A DNA stretch of 60,758 nucleotides, counting the filler, from Basidioascus undulatus (lineage: Eukaryota): NCBI GenBank assembly GCA_000826855.1. It is 5 parts of 5 records of this genome, joined end to end, with 100 filler letters (N's around TTAATTAATTAA, not from the genome) between each part and the next. Parts side by side here need not be neighbours in the genome. Positions count along the whole stretch, not along the records: positions 36,570 to 48,629 come from JTLS01000953.1; positions 48,730 to 60,758 come from JTLS01000954.1; 3 more parts are not named here. One strand, 5' to 3'. The notes below the pieces were generated by a model. The model saw only the letters and a program-made list of their open reading frames with translations. It ran no database searches and was not told the origin of the DNA. The translations under genes and the position numbers were made by a program. Below are positions 38,640 to 49,971 of this stretch, in pieces; the stretch's first letter is position 1, and the number at the start of each line of letters is the position of its first letter.

Positions 38640-39361
38640 AGAATCGTCAACGCTCCTGCGCAACACCATCAAAGCCCGGCTCATGGGGATGCAGTTTGAG
38701 CGCGACGGGGACGTAACGACGCCCCTCGCGATGGCGACACTCCCTGTCTCGCAGAAGTTCCTCGAGCATCTCCTTGGCCGTCTCGGCGCAGACCGTGATG
38801 ACGAAGAGGTGATGTTGCACGAATGCGTAGTGTAGACGTCGGTCGACTACCGGGAGAATTCAATTCATGGGCAGTCTAGGGCCGACAATGTGACAGCAGA
38901 TGGACGCACGCAGGATTGAGGTTCGAAGGATGCCAGGGGGTGAAGTCGTTGCACACAACACCGAGCGCCATTTCAGCCGAATCTCCTGAAAGAAGACGGC
39001 ATTCCCGCTCCGAAATAGACATCCGCCGTAAACGATAGTCAACCATCTTCACAATCGCCTCGCGCTCGTCGTCCGCCTCGCAATCGTTGACGATATAGGC
39101 GATCGTGTCGGTAACGCCGTGGAAGTTCTGAACGAAACATCCCGAATCACTCTCTAAGTATTCTCCCAGGCCGCTTCGGCCAATCTATCGGAATCGCTGC
39201 GGGAGGCGGATGCCACGTTGTAACCGGGTTCCGAGACGCTCGGGCTCGACGTGCAGCTCGCAGGGGTAATAGAAGCTGGGTGGAGGTGGTACGATGGCGT
39301 TCCGCACGTATCCGGGAGGCTCGGTGGCCTCCGGGAACGGGATTCTAATCACACTGGCCAT
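38640..39361 (-). pseudogene. Hypothetical gene remnant
   Basis: Coding-like frame MASVIRIPFPE...FR*IGR...VNDCEADDEREAIVKMVDYRLRR runs across an in-frame TAG. No family recognised. Confidence 0.25.
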
Positions 39362-41755
39362 GCCTGCGATGGAAGATGAATGTTGCTGTGCAAGGGGCGC
39401 GCTGCGGTGTTTGATCGGTGGCATGCGACGGCACGCGGCAAGAGTCCAAATCCCGAAGAACTTTGGACTTCAGCAAGAAGAGTCCGACTGTTCCCCAACA
39501 AGGGAACAATGAAGAATACGAATAAAGGGTATCTCACTTTCCGTGAATGCTCATCAGAGGGACTGCCCCTGCACAGCTTGCAGGCAGCGTTGTAGCCCTA
39601 GGGTCCTTGTTCCCATCGAAACGTTTGCCACACTTTTTTCCCTCGGTCCTTTGCTCCCTCAGTACTGCCTTACTTTCTGGTGTGCAGGTGCATCCCAAAT
39701 TAGCAGCCTTCAAAGCAAGTTGAGTTCATGCAAGGTCAAGATCACTTCAACATGGACAGGACATATGCAGTGCCAGCACAGTTTAACTTGCAGAGCAAGG
39801 CAGTCGGGGACTGTAGTAGGCGAAGGACCGACTGAGAAGGCATGAATAAGCCTTGAGAAGGCGAACAGTAGTATGGGTCAGCAACGATTTTGAGTTGCTT
39901 GATGGCAAATGAAGAAACGGCGCGGACGGGAATACAGGTCAGGCAGCACGGTACGTTGAGGCAACACGAGGGCCTGACTGGCGAGCGATGTTGATAAAAA
40001 AATGTAAGCAATATATCGAGCGACAAACTTTGTATAAACGTATACTGGGCTCATGCGATGGGGTGCGAGCTTGGACACGAGTCGATGTGAAGAGGCTCAA
40101 GGCAACCGCGACCTCCGTCGCACCGAATCACCCGTCTTTATCACAGTAAGTGCGTGGCAAGTCTTACGAACACCACCTGGAGCTGGCTGATCCTCGGTGG
40201 TCCAGTACACACAAGTAGGCAAGGTCCCCCGAGAAATTTGCTTGATTCACCGGCTCCGGCTTGCAGCATGCATATTGTTGGCTCCTTTCCTTTGCTGATG
40301 TCAAATGATCGTGGATATCCATATGACCGAAAACACTATTCAAATGACATTACTCGGGGTATTTCTCAACCAAGTGGTCTTGAAAACCTCAGATACAGGT
40401 CAAAGGACAGTGTTCTGTGCGGTTTGACCGACATGCGTCGCACCCAGTGACCATCAATCTTCAGTCAGGATCGCCTCGGTGCCGTCGGAGTTGGCCGGAG
40501 AGGTGTGCAGGCAGATGGTGGTTATGAGCGGAATGGCGACGTCGACGTTCAGGAACCTACTCATCACTCAGCGTGACGGCTTATGTAGGGCATGCATAGG
40601 GCGCTCACATACATGGTAGATGCCTGGAATGATACCACCGCCCGAATGAACACGACGCTTGCAAAAAAAAAGAGCATGCAATCCCCAGGACTTGGTAAGA
40701 GCTCCAACTCCGCCCGCTCCTCCAAGTCCGGACATGCCTGCAGTGCTTCGTCTGAGCCGAAGGCTTCCATCCGATAAACGAAAGGATCGCCATGAGCGAC
40801 GGCGGGAGCGCTGGCTGTTGCAAGAATGGCTATCAGCCCAAAGCACACTGACGCATGTGTGTAAGCGCACTTTGTAGTCGCTAGATGAATCAACTGGCGG
40901 TCTCCGAAACCGCGACATGAAAGCGGTCTATGAGCGCCGGTAGTATCTCAGCATGCTCGAGGCGGCTCTGTATGCCGGCGCGCTGTCGGGCTGGCCACCG
41001 TCGCATGTAGTTAGATATACACCGAAGAAAATGGGATGCAGGACGAGAAGTCAGAAGCGTTTCGGACCGGTGCAGCGCTGTGTCCAGAGGTAATAGCAGC
41101 GCGGTGTGGTCCGCCTCGGGTGAGAGGGGGCCCAAAGATGTCTGACTGCCGCCGAGCGTTGCTGCGTCCAGCGCACGGAAGCCAGCACTGGATCAGAATG
41201 CGAGAAGTAGCTGTAAGGCGGATCTCGGGGGTGAAAGCGTTGCTCATGGTGATGAGTGCGAGAGCTGAGGGGAGAACACGACCAAGATCGCTGATAACGG
41301 TGATGGCTCTTCGGAACTAATACCAGGAACGGCAAACAAAAAGCTTCGCGATAGCAATGACAGAGTATTGAGTTCAAACATCACATTCATACTCCAAACC
41401 TGGGCCCACTGAATGATCGTGTATTACACCACAGGAAACAGAACAATGCTAATGAAGACGCAAGTGCCTCGGCAGCTCGACTGCAACCCACCGCCGACCA
41501 CACACGGGCATTGCGTCGTTATCTTTATTTCTTGGGTGTCACCGGAACACCTGAAAGCTTGCGTTAGTCGAGGCTGATTCGCCTAGGCCCACGGAAGCCG
41601 TCACGGTGATCACCTCAACCGCTCAGCACACGGGTGAGAGAAACACGCATTAAGCTTAACGAGCGTACAACCACAAAAATGCGTGAAGAAAATGAGAAAA
41701 TGAGATGCGAGATGCGGGTATGATCGTCCAGTGAGGGCGGGAAGCGCAGGTTGCT

Positions 41756-44700
41756 CTAATGGGAAGTAAGGGACCAATCTGCCAGGGCAACAGTCTTGGG
41801 TGTGACATAGTCGCTCTCGGACAGGTCGTCCCATTGAGGATTGAAGAGCACCTGGGTGGAAGACCTTCGTCATATGCCTTAAACTGCAATCAACACGGCG
41901 AGACAGCTCACCATCAAGGTGTAGGCATCGCTTTGCGCCGGCAGATCGATGGCTATGATTGGAAGAGGGAAGCTGACACGCTAGCGGAATAAAAAGCAAA
42001 TTTGAAGACGGCTTACTGAGAACAGTGGTGTTTTTACCGTTCGCGTCCGTATTGGGGATGTCGGCATTCAGGCCCGTTCCGCCATCGGGGAGCGGCGGGT
42101 CCGATTCAAGGCGAACAGCGTCAGTCTGGCCGAAGGATAGGTTGTCCGGCGAAAGAATCTTGATCTCCATCTTTGCCCCGGAGCCAGGGTACAACAACGT
42201 ACTGCCCGCAAGTGAGGTTGTTCAGTGTGAAGCGGGGATACGGAAAGCCGAAAACGAAATGCTGCGCACGCAGTCGAGCCGTCAATGGAGACGGTGGCGT
42301 TCGTGTGCATGCGCCACTGTAGGTTGCGAGTATTTCAGCGAAGGGATGTTAAAGCGGTATCACGAACATTGCTACCTGCAGTGTACCGCTAGGAAGAGTA
42401 ATTTCGTCCTGTGTTTGCCGCCGTATCGGTCAGTAGCAGGCTCGATATCAAGCACGGAAAGCGTGACGCAGTACCTGGAGAAGGACCTGGCGGCGCTTGT
42501 TGATGGGACGAATACCGCGTGCGATTGACCTGAAAGCAAAAACATGTTCCCACCTCAGTATCACACTCTGCTGTCCCCTTCTGCAATCCAGGCTTGGTTG
42601 TCACTTACGTGTCGTTGTAAGCGCTTGCAAGGTTCGTCCAGAAATACGCAGCGGTGTTGTCGGGCAGGTCAATGACAGTCGAAGGGCCGTGCGTGTCGTA
42701 TGTCGAGTCGAAGTTGGTCGCCGGCTCGGCGAGGACGTTCGCGTTCTCGGTGTTGAGCAGCAAAGTGTTTTGGCCCTCCGTGCGCTTACGGTACCACCGC
42801 CACTGTTGAAGCCGCCGGGAAGCCTCAATATCAGTACCGAAATACCTGCCTTAAAGGGCACTCAACGAACGCACCCGGTTGGAACCTTGAGTCTCGTTGG
42901 AGAAGTATCCGTCACCTGTCGAGCCGCAGCTGTTCAGCAACAGAAGCAACGCATATTCGCAAGGGACAGTGCGCGTACCCAGGTAGTCCGCCGACCCGAG
43001 CTCGCCAGCCCAGCGTTCGCCCAGGGCGTCAATCACGAAGTCGCCGTAGTCGACGTCACCCTACAGCAAGACGCGCTAGCTTGTATCAGCTCTATGTGCT
43101 AGGAGACAAGGACGGCGGGGGACGTACATGCGTTTGATGACCTAGGAATTTATCGAGGTCGCGTCAGCTCCGACCGCATCCGCGATAACGTTGTTCAGTG
43201 CCTACCGGTCATGTTGCCCGCCTTCATCGCGATGTAAAGGCCGTTCGGGTCGGTCCAGCTCGACCGCATGGCAGCCCAAGCACCGCGCGTGTCGTTGAAG
43301 TGGTGGTCGATCGGGAGGTCGTTGAACCACGCGCCGTATTGCGTCTGATTGTACCTGTTGATTTCCCAGAAGCGGTAGATCAGTCCAGGTCGATGGGAAC
43401 CGACATTGCGTTTCTGGAAGAGGCTCACCAAAGCCTGCATTATGTCATGTTGTGAGCTGAGACCGTGGACTGCACGGGCGTAGCGAAAGGGGACTCACAT
43501 GGCGTTCGGCTCAGCCACGTCGCTCCTGTCACGCTGATAGAGACCGTAGTGCGGTTCGCCTGTAGTCCTATCTGTCAAATGTCCGGTGCACGTGCGCCGA
43601 TCCAGGAAAAACATATTACTATACTGGTTACCGTACACAAGCAACGCGTTCGCAGTGGCGGTGAACTTGTTGGGGCCGTGGTCGCCGTAGTTGAAAAGCT
43701 GCGTTTGGCCGAAGACGTGCTATAACGAGACGATTCAGCTGTTCGTCCGGGGAAGCAATGTGTAGAACACGGACCATGTGGAACAGCGCGGTCAAGCCAA
43801 ACTCCGGGTTGGTCGTAATCAGGCCTTGGTCGGAGCCGGTCGCTGTGATAAGCGTCATCACCGCTTGCGCGTGGCCGGAGGTGCCGAAGTACCTTAAAAT
43901 GAAGGCGAACTGTAAGAAGTCAGGGAAGTAGAGGTACAAATAAAAATACGGACCAGTAGTTGGCGGTTTCGACCCAAGTACCGTCCTGATGCCTAGAACA
44001 CAGGCGAATGAGCACCAGCTGAGCCGTAAAGCGTCCAAACAAACAACATACACCGAGTTGACGCATTGCTCGTTTGCGTTTTGGATTGCGTCCTGCAGCT
44101 TGCTGCTGGCTGCAGAGGCGGAGAGAAATGAGTAGTGGCCCAAGCGGCAACAAACTTGAAGATCGTTCCAACGCACCAGCACCCGAACTGTCGTCTTCGT
44201 AAATGGCGATGGCCGCGTTGATGATACCACCATTGCATACGCCTACCTCACATCCAAGCTCAGGGCACCGTCCCTGCAACCTCTCCATCTCGAAGACGAA
44301 GAAGTCGAACGCACAGTTCCAGTTGCCCGTAACGGGGTTGTATGTACCGCGCCACCACATGTCATTCTGTCGTTTCTCTCCTCAGTCCTCCGCATCCTGA
44401 GAAATTCTACTGAAATAACGCACCTGTACGCGGTTGAGACCGAGGTTGATGATGCTCCACTTGATCTGCTCCTTCCGGTCGTTGTCCCACGCGTCATACA
44501 TCCAGTCATACGCGATGGCGAACGCATTCATGAACTCGGCCCTTAAATACCGCCAATCAGTCTCGCGCACGAAAGAGGGTTAGGTCGAACGGTGGAAACA
44601 ACGCACGCGTCGAGGAAATGAAGGTTGGCGTTCCACACATCGCCGTCTTTGTTGCCGGACTGGCCGTAGACATTGTCGGTATCGTTCCCAGCGGCGATCT

Positions 44701-46108
44701 GCGGGAGCGGGACAGCACTGCTCAACCTGTGTGCGCGGGAGTGCAGGCAGTGGGGCTGTAAAGAAGACGCACGCGGAGCCGGTTCCACGTCTCGGTCTTC
44801 CACTTTTCATCGTTAGTCATCCGCCACGCATACGCGAAGTGCTGTAAGGAAGGTAGATGTTCCGATTTTAGCTCAATGATCACACTCGCACTGCAGCAGA
44901 ATTGACGGCAAGATGCGCACCTTGATCGCGAGCTGGATCTCGCGCGCCTGGTCGAGCACGCCGGACCTGCGGAAGCCGGAGAGATTAACAACTCGCGAAT
45001 ACGTGAGAAGAACCATTTCCACACACCCGTCCAGCCCACCTGGATGGTGAAGAAAAGGAGAGAAAGATGACGGTTAGCAAGCTTGAACACGCAAGGGACT
45101 TCACACCCTCTTTTCCTTACCATCAGGAATGTATTGTGGGGCAGCGCGGTCGTGCCAGTACGTGGCGTTCTGTTTGTCCGAAGATCAACCGGTTAGAAAA
45201 ACCCGCAGACTCGCAGCGACGGACGAGCTTGCACGCACGGCCATGATAGTGTCGTTCCACGACTTCAGGTAGTCATCTGCGGCGATCAAGTCCGGCAAGC
45301 AGTCCCAGCGCGACTTGGCGCCGAAAACGCGCGGGCGCTCGGTCGTCACCTCAATCGAGCCGGTTTGGGTGGGCGTGAAGGGGTTGGAGGTACATGAGGG
45401 AAGCGTGGGGAGGCCGGAAGTCGACGTTGGCCGGATGGTGGGCGCGACGAAGGCGGCGGTGTTGGTCTGTGACAGGAACAAGAGCGCTTGAGCTTCCACT
45501 CCACAGTGGCTGAAGCCGTGGTGAGCCTGCGCACTTCAGAGGGGTAGACTGAGAGGAACGGCAAAAGGTCAATCGGGGCGTTGCTGAAGAGCGAATAAAT
45601 CGTCTCACCGGGCACAGTCCAGTGGTTCAAGGAAGTCGCGAAAAGCCCGACATTAGGGTTATTGCTCGTCTTAGTTGCAGACGGCGAAGACTTCTTCGAG
45701 CTGTCGGTGTTGGAGTCGTCGTCGTCGTCCGCAGCCCTCGATCCGAGCACACCACCTAGAATCGCCCCGATGGCCACAAGAACGGCGACTGGCAAGCCAA
45801 TCTATAGTTTCCCCCATCGAAACAGTCAATTTCCTGTGCCCTCGATGACAAGTATTACAACGCACCTTGATCCATTTGCTTAGATACCAGGCCTTCTGGC
45901 GTCGCGCTGCAAATCCCTCCCCACTTCCAGCGTTCGCATATTGGAACGCGTCTCCAGAGCCGTACGGGCTCGGCGGGCCCCCACCCGCGGGTTCGTGCAT
46001 CTCGTACCCACCTGGGGCGAGTTGCGCCGAGCTCTGCGCGCCGTAGTACTGCTGCTCGCCGTTGGGCGCCTGCCCGCTTGCGGGCTCATAGTTGTTGTAC
46101 GACGCCAT
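41756..46108 (-). CDS. Type II membrane-anchored heparinase II/III-like polysaccharide lyase (chondroitin AC/alginate lyase fold)
   Basis: Cytosolic N-terminus, TM (VAVLVAIGAILGGVLG), FAIAYDWMY, GNWNC..NGG, DGTWVETANYWYFGT, GHQTHGDVDYGDFVIDALGERWAGELG, C-terminus VLFNPQW..WSLTSH*. Many short introns; not every exon was checked. Confidence 0.88.
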
Positions 46109-48011
46109 GCGGGCGCGGAGAAGGGCGGTGAATCGAAGAGAGGGGATTAGGAGGTGGATGAGGAAGGAGAAGGGCAGGAACGAAAGGAGTGTGAGGCCTT
46201 GAGGGGCGGTTAGTCTATCGGGCGGACGCGCGGGGTGTGATCGAAAGGAGGCTGCAGTTGTGCTTGAGTTGGCTTGAGGCGGGTTAAAAGTGTCATCAGG
46301 GGATATGGTGATTTAAGGCAATCCGGCGGTGTGCCGCGAAGAAAAAGGAACGATGACAGCTCAAGAATAGAAGACGCGGGGCAACGGCTCGTCGAAGGAG
46401 GCGAAGCGGTTCCTCACCGCCGCCGACTAGAGCGCAGCACTTGCCGTCCGATTCTGATATTTACAGCCTGACGATTCGGCAGAGCCTACGAGATATAATG
46501 CTGGAAGGTCAGAGTTGCTGCAATGCGCCCCCTTGGCCGACGTCGGTGGTACACGGCAAGATAGAGCGGTCGATGTGGTACATGAAAAGGGCAACGTTCT
46601 ACTCGACCTATTTTCAAGCTTTCACTGACTACTGCACGTGGGATCCGGAGCGGCTGTGAGCGTCAGTTGCCCCAACGTCCCCGCTCAATGGCTGCCAGGG
46701 GACTCGGCAAACAGGTTCTCCTTCGATTAACTATTCAAAGGTGTCCGTGCCAGAATTCAAGGCTAACTAATGGTCTCGGCAGTTCAGCTCCCCATGTCGA
46801 TCTGCGCAACTTCGATCTTCCGCTCGTGACCGTCCAGCGATGTGTTCTCCCCCGCCCTTAAATACGTGTGCTCTAAGCCCATTATTCTTTCTAAATAAAT
46901 CCAATTATATGTTTGAAGTTAAAAAGATTGCTCTCGAAGCGCGACGCGCTGAGTCGCGCCTTGGTGTCGTGTCCATTGGCACATTTCCGTGCGTGACACC
47001 CGCAACCGCATATCCTCATCCACCACTCTCCCCATAAAACACCGCAAACTACAAGATGGACGCGAGTCGGCTAATAAGTGCCACCGCGCACGACGCTCTA
47101 CGGCGTTTCCTCGTTCACAGATCGTCCACATTCGACGTTTCGTCAAGTGGCAACAGCACGTCCGACGACTCGCTCTGAGGAGTTGCATATTCTGTTATTC
47201 CTTGGACTCTCCGAAGCCTTCCCCTCCCCCTTCCCACACACACATCTTGTTCCTCAAGAGCCGTGCGTCCTGAGGGTCGCACGGCGCTTCCTCCCATCGC
47301 TCCTCCTTCGCTATTCCCTCTCCCCATTTATGGCTGTACTCCCTGTTGTTTCTCTCCGAAGAGGGTTTGCCTAACGGTTCCATTGATCACCTCGCTCTAC
47401 GAGCTCTACCTCCCCCCAGATCCACCTCTGACGTTTCAACAAGCTCCGTACGTATACGTCCTCCGGGTCGTGCCACGCTTCCACCCGCTCTCCCTCGCTG
47501 TACCACTTGCGGATTCCGATCTGGTCTTTTTCTGTATTATTGTGCCTCTTATCGGCTACTAACGCGTGCCACTGTTCACTACGCTCTGCGGAGTGACCTC
47601 TTCCCAGATACGCTGTCGACACCCCCTCAAGCGCACAGCGACCAGACAAGCAACAAGCTCGGTTGACGACACGCTCCGAGGAGCCTTCTATCCTCCCTTG
47701 AACGCTTCATAAAATCCTCCCTTCTCTTCCCTTTTCCCAACACACACAGAAATTTCTTATCCGAGGAGCAGCCGTGTGTCCTCCGGGTCGCACTAGTACA
47801 TTTCGGGGGTGAAACTGGACTGCGCCCCCACGGCCCGTCCGCGGATCATCAACACGCGTCGCCTCGACCTCGAGCCGCTGCCAGCACGCGACCCGCCTGG
47901 TGTCTCGCTGGCTTCCTCCTTCGCTCATCTCACTGCCATCCCCACCACCACCCACACCGCTGCTCGGATACTCTTTCAGCCTCACCGCTCGCCCCACCGC
48001 TGCCCGTCAAC

Positions 48012-48629
48012 ATGTCGATGAAAGCTGTGCGTTTGGCGTGAGAGAAGGGAGTTGAGAGGGAAGAAGGACGCTGACGTCGTTTGGGTCTTCTCACTTCGGT
48101 GGGTGTGCTGGTGGGGAGGGTAGATTGTCAAGTGTATGTAGATCTCGGATTTGAGGATTTCGAGTGGTTGAAGATCTGATCTGATCTGTTTCCTTTGGTG
48201 GGCTAACAGCTGTCCTCTCGGGCGGTAAGCCGCTCCCTCCCTTCATCTTCCCCGGCCTGCGATCTCACACCCCGCTGCCCTCCTCCAGACACCCTCGTCC
48301 TGCGCGGTCGTCCCGGCCCGAATGACGCCCCTCCGAAAGAGCGCGTGCTGCACCTTGCCGGGCTCGCCGCGCCTCGGATGGGGTCCGCAACGCGCGACGA
48401 CGAGCCCTTCGCGTTCGAGTCGCGCGAGTTCCTCCGCTCTCTCACCGTCGGCAAGGAAGTAACGTTCGCGATCGCGTACACGATTAGCACTACGATCCCC
48501 GCGCGCGAGTTTGGGCTCGTCCAGATTGGGGGGATGGGCGAGGAGCTGGGGAGCAGGGTTGTAAGGGAGGGGTGGGCGAAGGTTAGGGAGACGGGGAGGA
48601 GGGAGGAGGAGGGCGAGACGCCCGAGGGG
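48012..48629 (+). CDS. SND1: Tudor staphylococcal nuclease (Tudor-SN/p100), 5' part
   Basis: Micro-exons splice to MSMKAIVKSVLSGDTLVLRGRPGPNDAPPKERVLHLAGLAAPRMG..DEPFAFESREFLR..VGKEV. Confidence 0.93.
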
Positions 48630-48729
48630 NNNNNNNNNNNNNNNNNNNNNNNNNNNNNNNNNNNNNNNNNNNNTTAATTAATTAANNNNNNNNNNNNNNN
48701 NNNNNNNNNNNNNNNNNNNNNNNNNNNNN
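48630..48729. other. Artificial contig spacer
   Basis: N44-TTAATTAATTAA-N44. Confidence 0.98.
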
Positions 48730-49910
48730 GGGCGGGGGCGTGGAGGGCTTGACGGTCGGGGGCGTGGGCGTGGGCGGGCTGCCCATCGGCCAGGGCGTCG
48801 GCGTGGGCGGACTGCCCATCGGAGCTGGCGCGGGCGGGCTCGGGACGGTCCAGCAGCAGCAGCCCGTGCTGGTTCCTTCTTCCGGCGGAGGAGGGGCAAC
48901 GGTCGTCATCGTGTCGTCGCAGAGAGGGGCGGGGCAGGTCGGTACTACGACGGTGAGTCGTCGAGTGGGCCGGGTTGGGGGAGGTACGGGCTGAAGATGT
49001 GGGGAGGGAGCGAACAGGGCCGGGGGATCGGACGCAGTTGCCGGGGACGTTCTTCCCGGGGCAGCAGCCGACGCTGCCTGGGCAGGTGCCTGTGCGTTTT
49101 CCCAATTGTTGATATCCCGCGCTAGACATTGACAGACCTCGGCTCTTGCGTAACAGCCGATCGTACAGCACATTCCCGGTCAAGTCCCGCAAATCCCTGG
49201 ACAACCGGGTCAGGTCCCACAGATTCCTGGTCAACCTGTGAGCTCGACGTCTTCCCCGTCCCCGCTCACCCCGCACCTGACTGTTTTCCCACTTTCTCGT
49301 GCAAGCCAATTGGACAGCACCTGTGCGTGATTCTCGATGTCAGGCAGGATGCCCGCGCAGATTCTGAAGGGAGGTAGCCCGGTACAGCCTGTCGGGGGAG
49401 GAACAATCGGTCCGAACGGGCAGATCATCCCGCCCGGCACAGTCGGCGCAGTGCCCGTCTCGACGGTGTTGATCAACGCTAATGTACGTTCCCCCTCCAT
49501 CCCCCTACTTTTCGTTCCGCGCCGGGACTGAGTGTGTCGTCGCAGGCGGCAATCTCCATCACGCCCGTGTCCGATACGCATCCCTCTCTAAGGGCCCACC
49601 GGCATCGGGACCCTCCCAGGCGTCGGCTTCCCCGGCGGTCTCGCTCAGGCGTCGGCACCCGTGACGCTGCCTGCTCCCGCTCCGGACCCGAACCAGCAAA
49701 GCGCGCCCGCGCCCGTCTCGACGGACGGCCAGCAGACGCTGCCTGTTTCCGGCCCGAGCGTCCCTGTTCCAGTCTCGACAGACGGCCAACAGACGCGGCA
49801 AGCGAAGGCTCAAACCGTCGCGGCTGCTCCCACAGGCGCCGGACAGGTCGCGGACCCAGTCGTGGGACTGGTGACGGGTGCTATGACGACAACGACAATT
49901 GCGGTCGCGG
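48730..49910 (+). CDS. Gly/Pro/Val/Thr-rich low-complexity protein, partial
   Basis: GVGVGGLPIG repeats, several GT-AG introns and a duplicated PVSTDGQQT motif. Both ends unresolved. Confidence 0.45.
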
Positions 49911-49971
49911 CACGCCTTCATCGTCTCGTCATTTTTCACACCCCCGTAATTATACTAGGGATGAACTTTAC

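Noticed and set aside
36570..48629. SET1 and Tudor-SN (plus the TPP1-like gene and MFAP1) as a chromatin/RNA-silencing cluster
   Set aside because: TPP1-like and MFAP1 are on other contigs, and SET1 and SND1 are 10 kb apart with unrelated genes between them.
12143..48685. Regularly spaced TTAATTAATTAA palindromes at ~12.2 kb periodicity
   Set aside because: Embedded in N runs; a synthetic linker, not biology.
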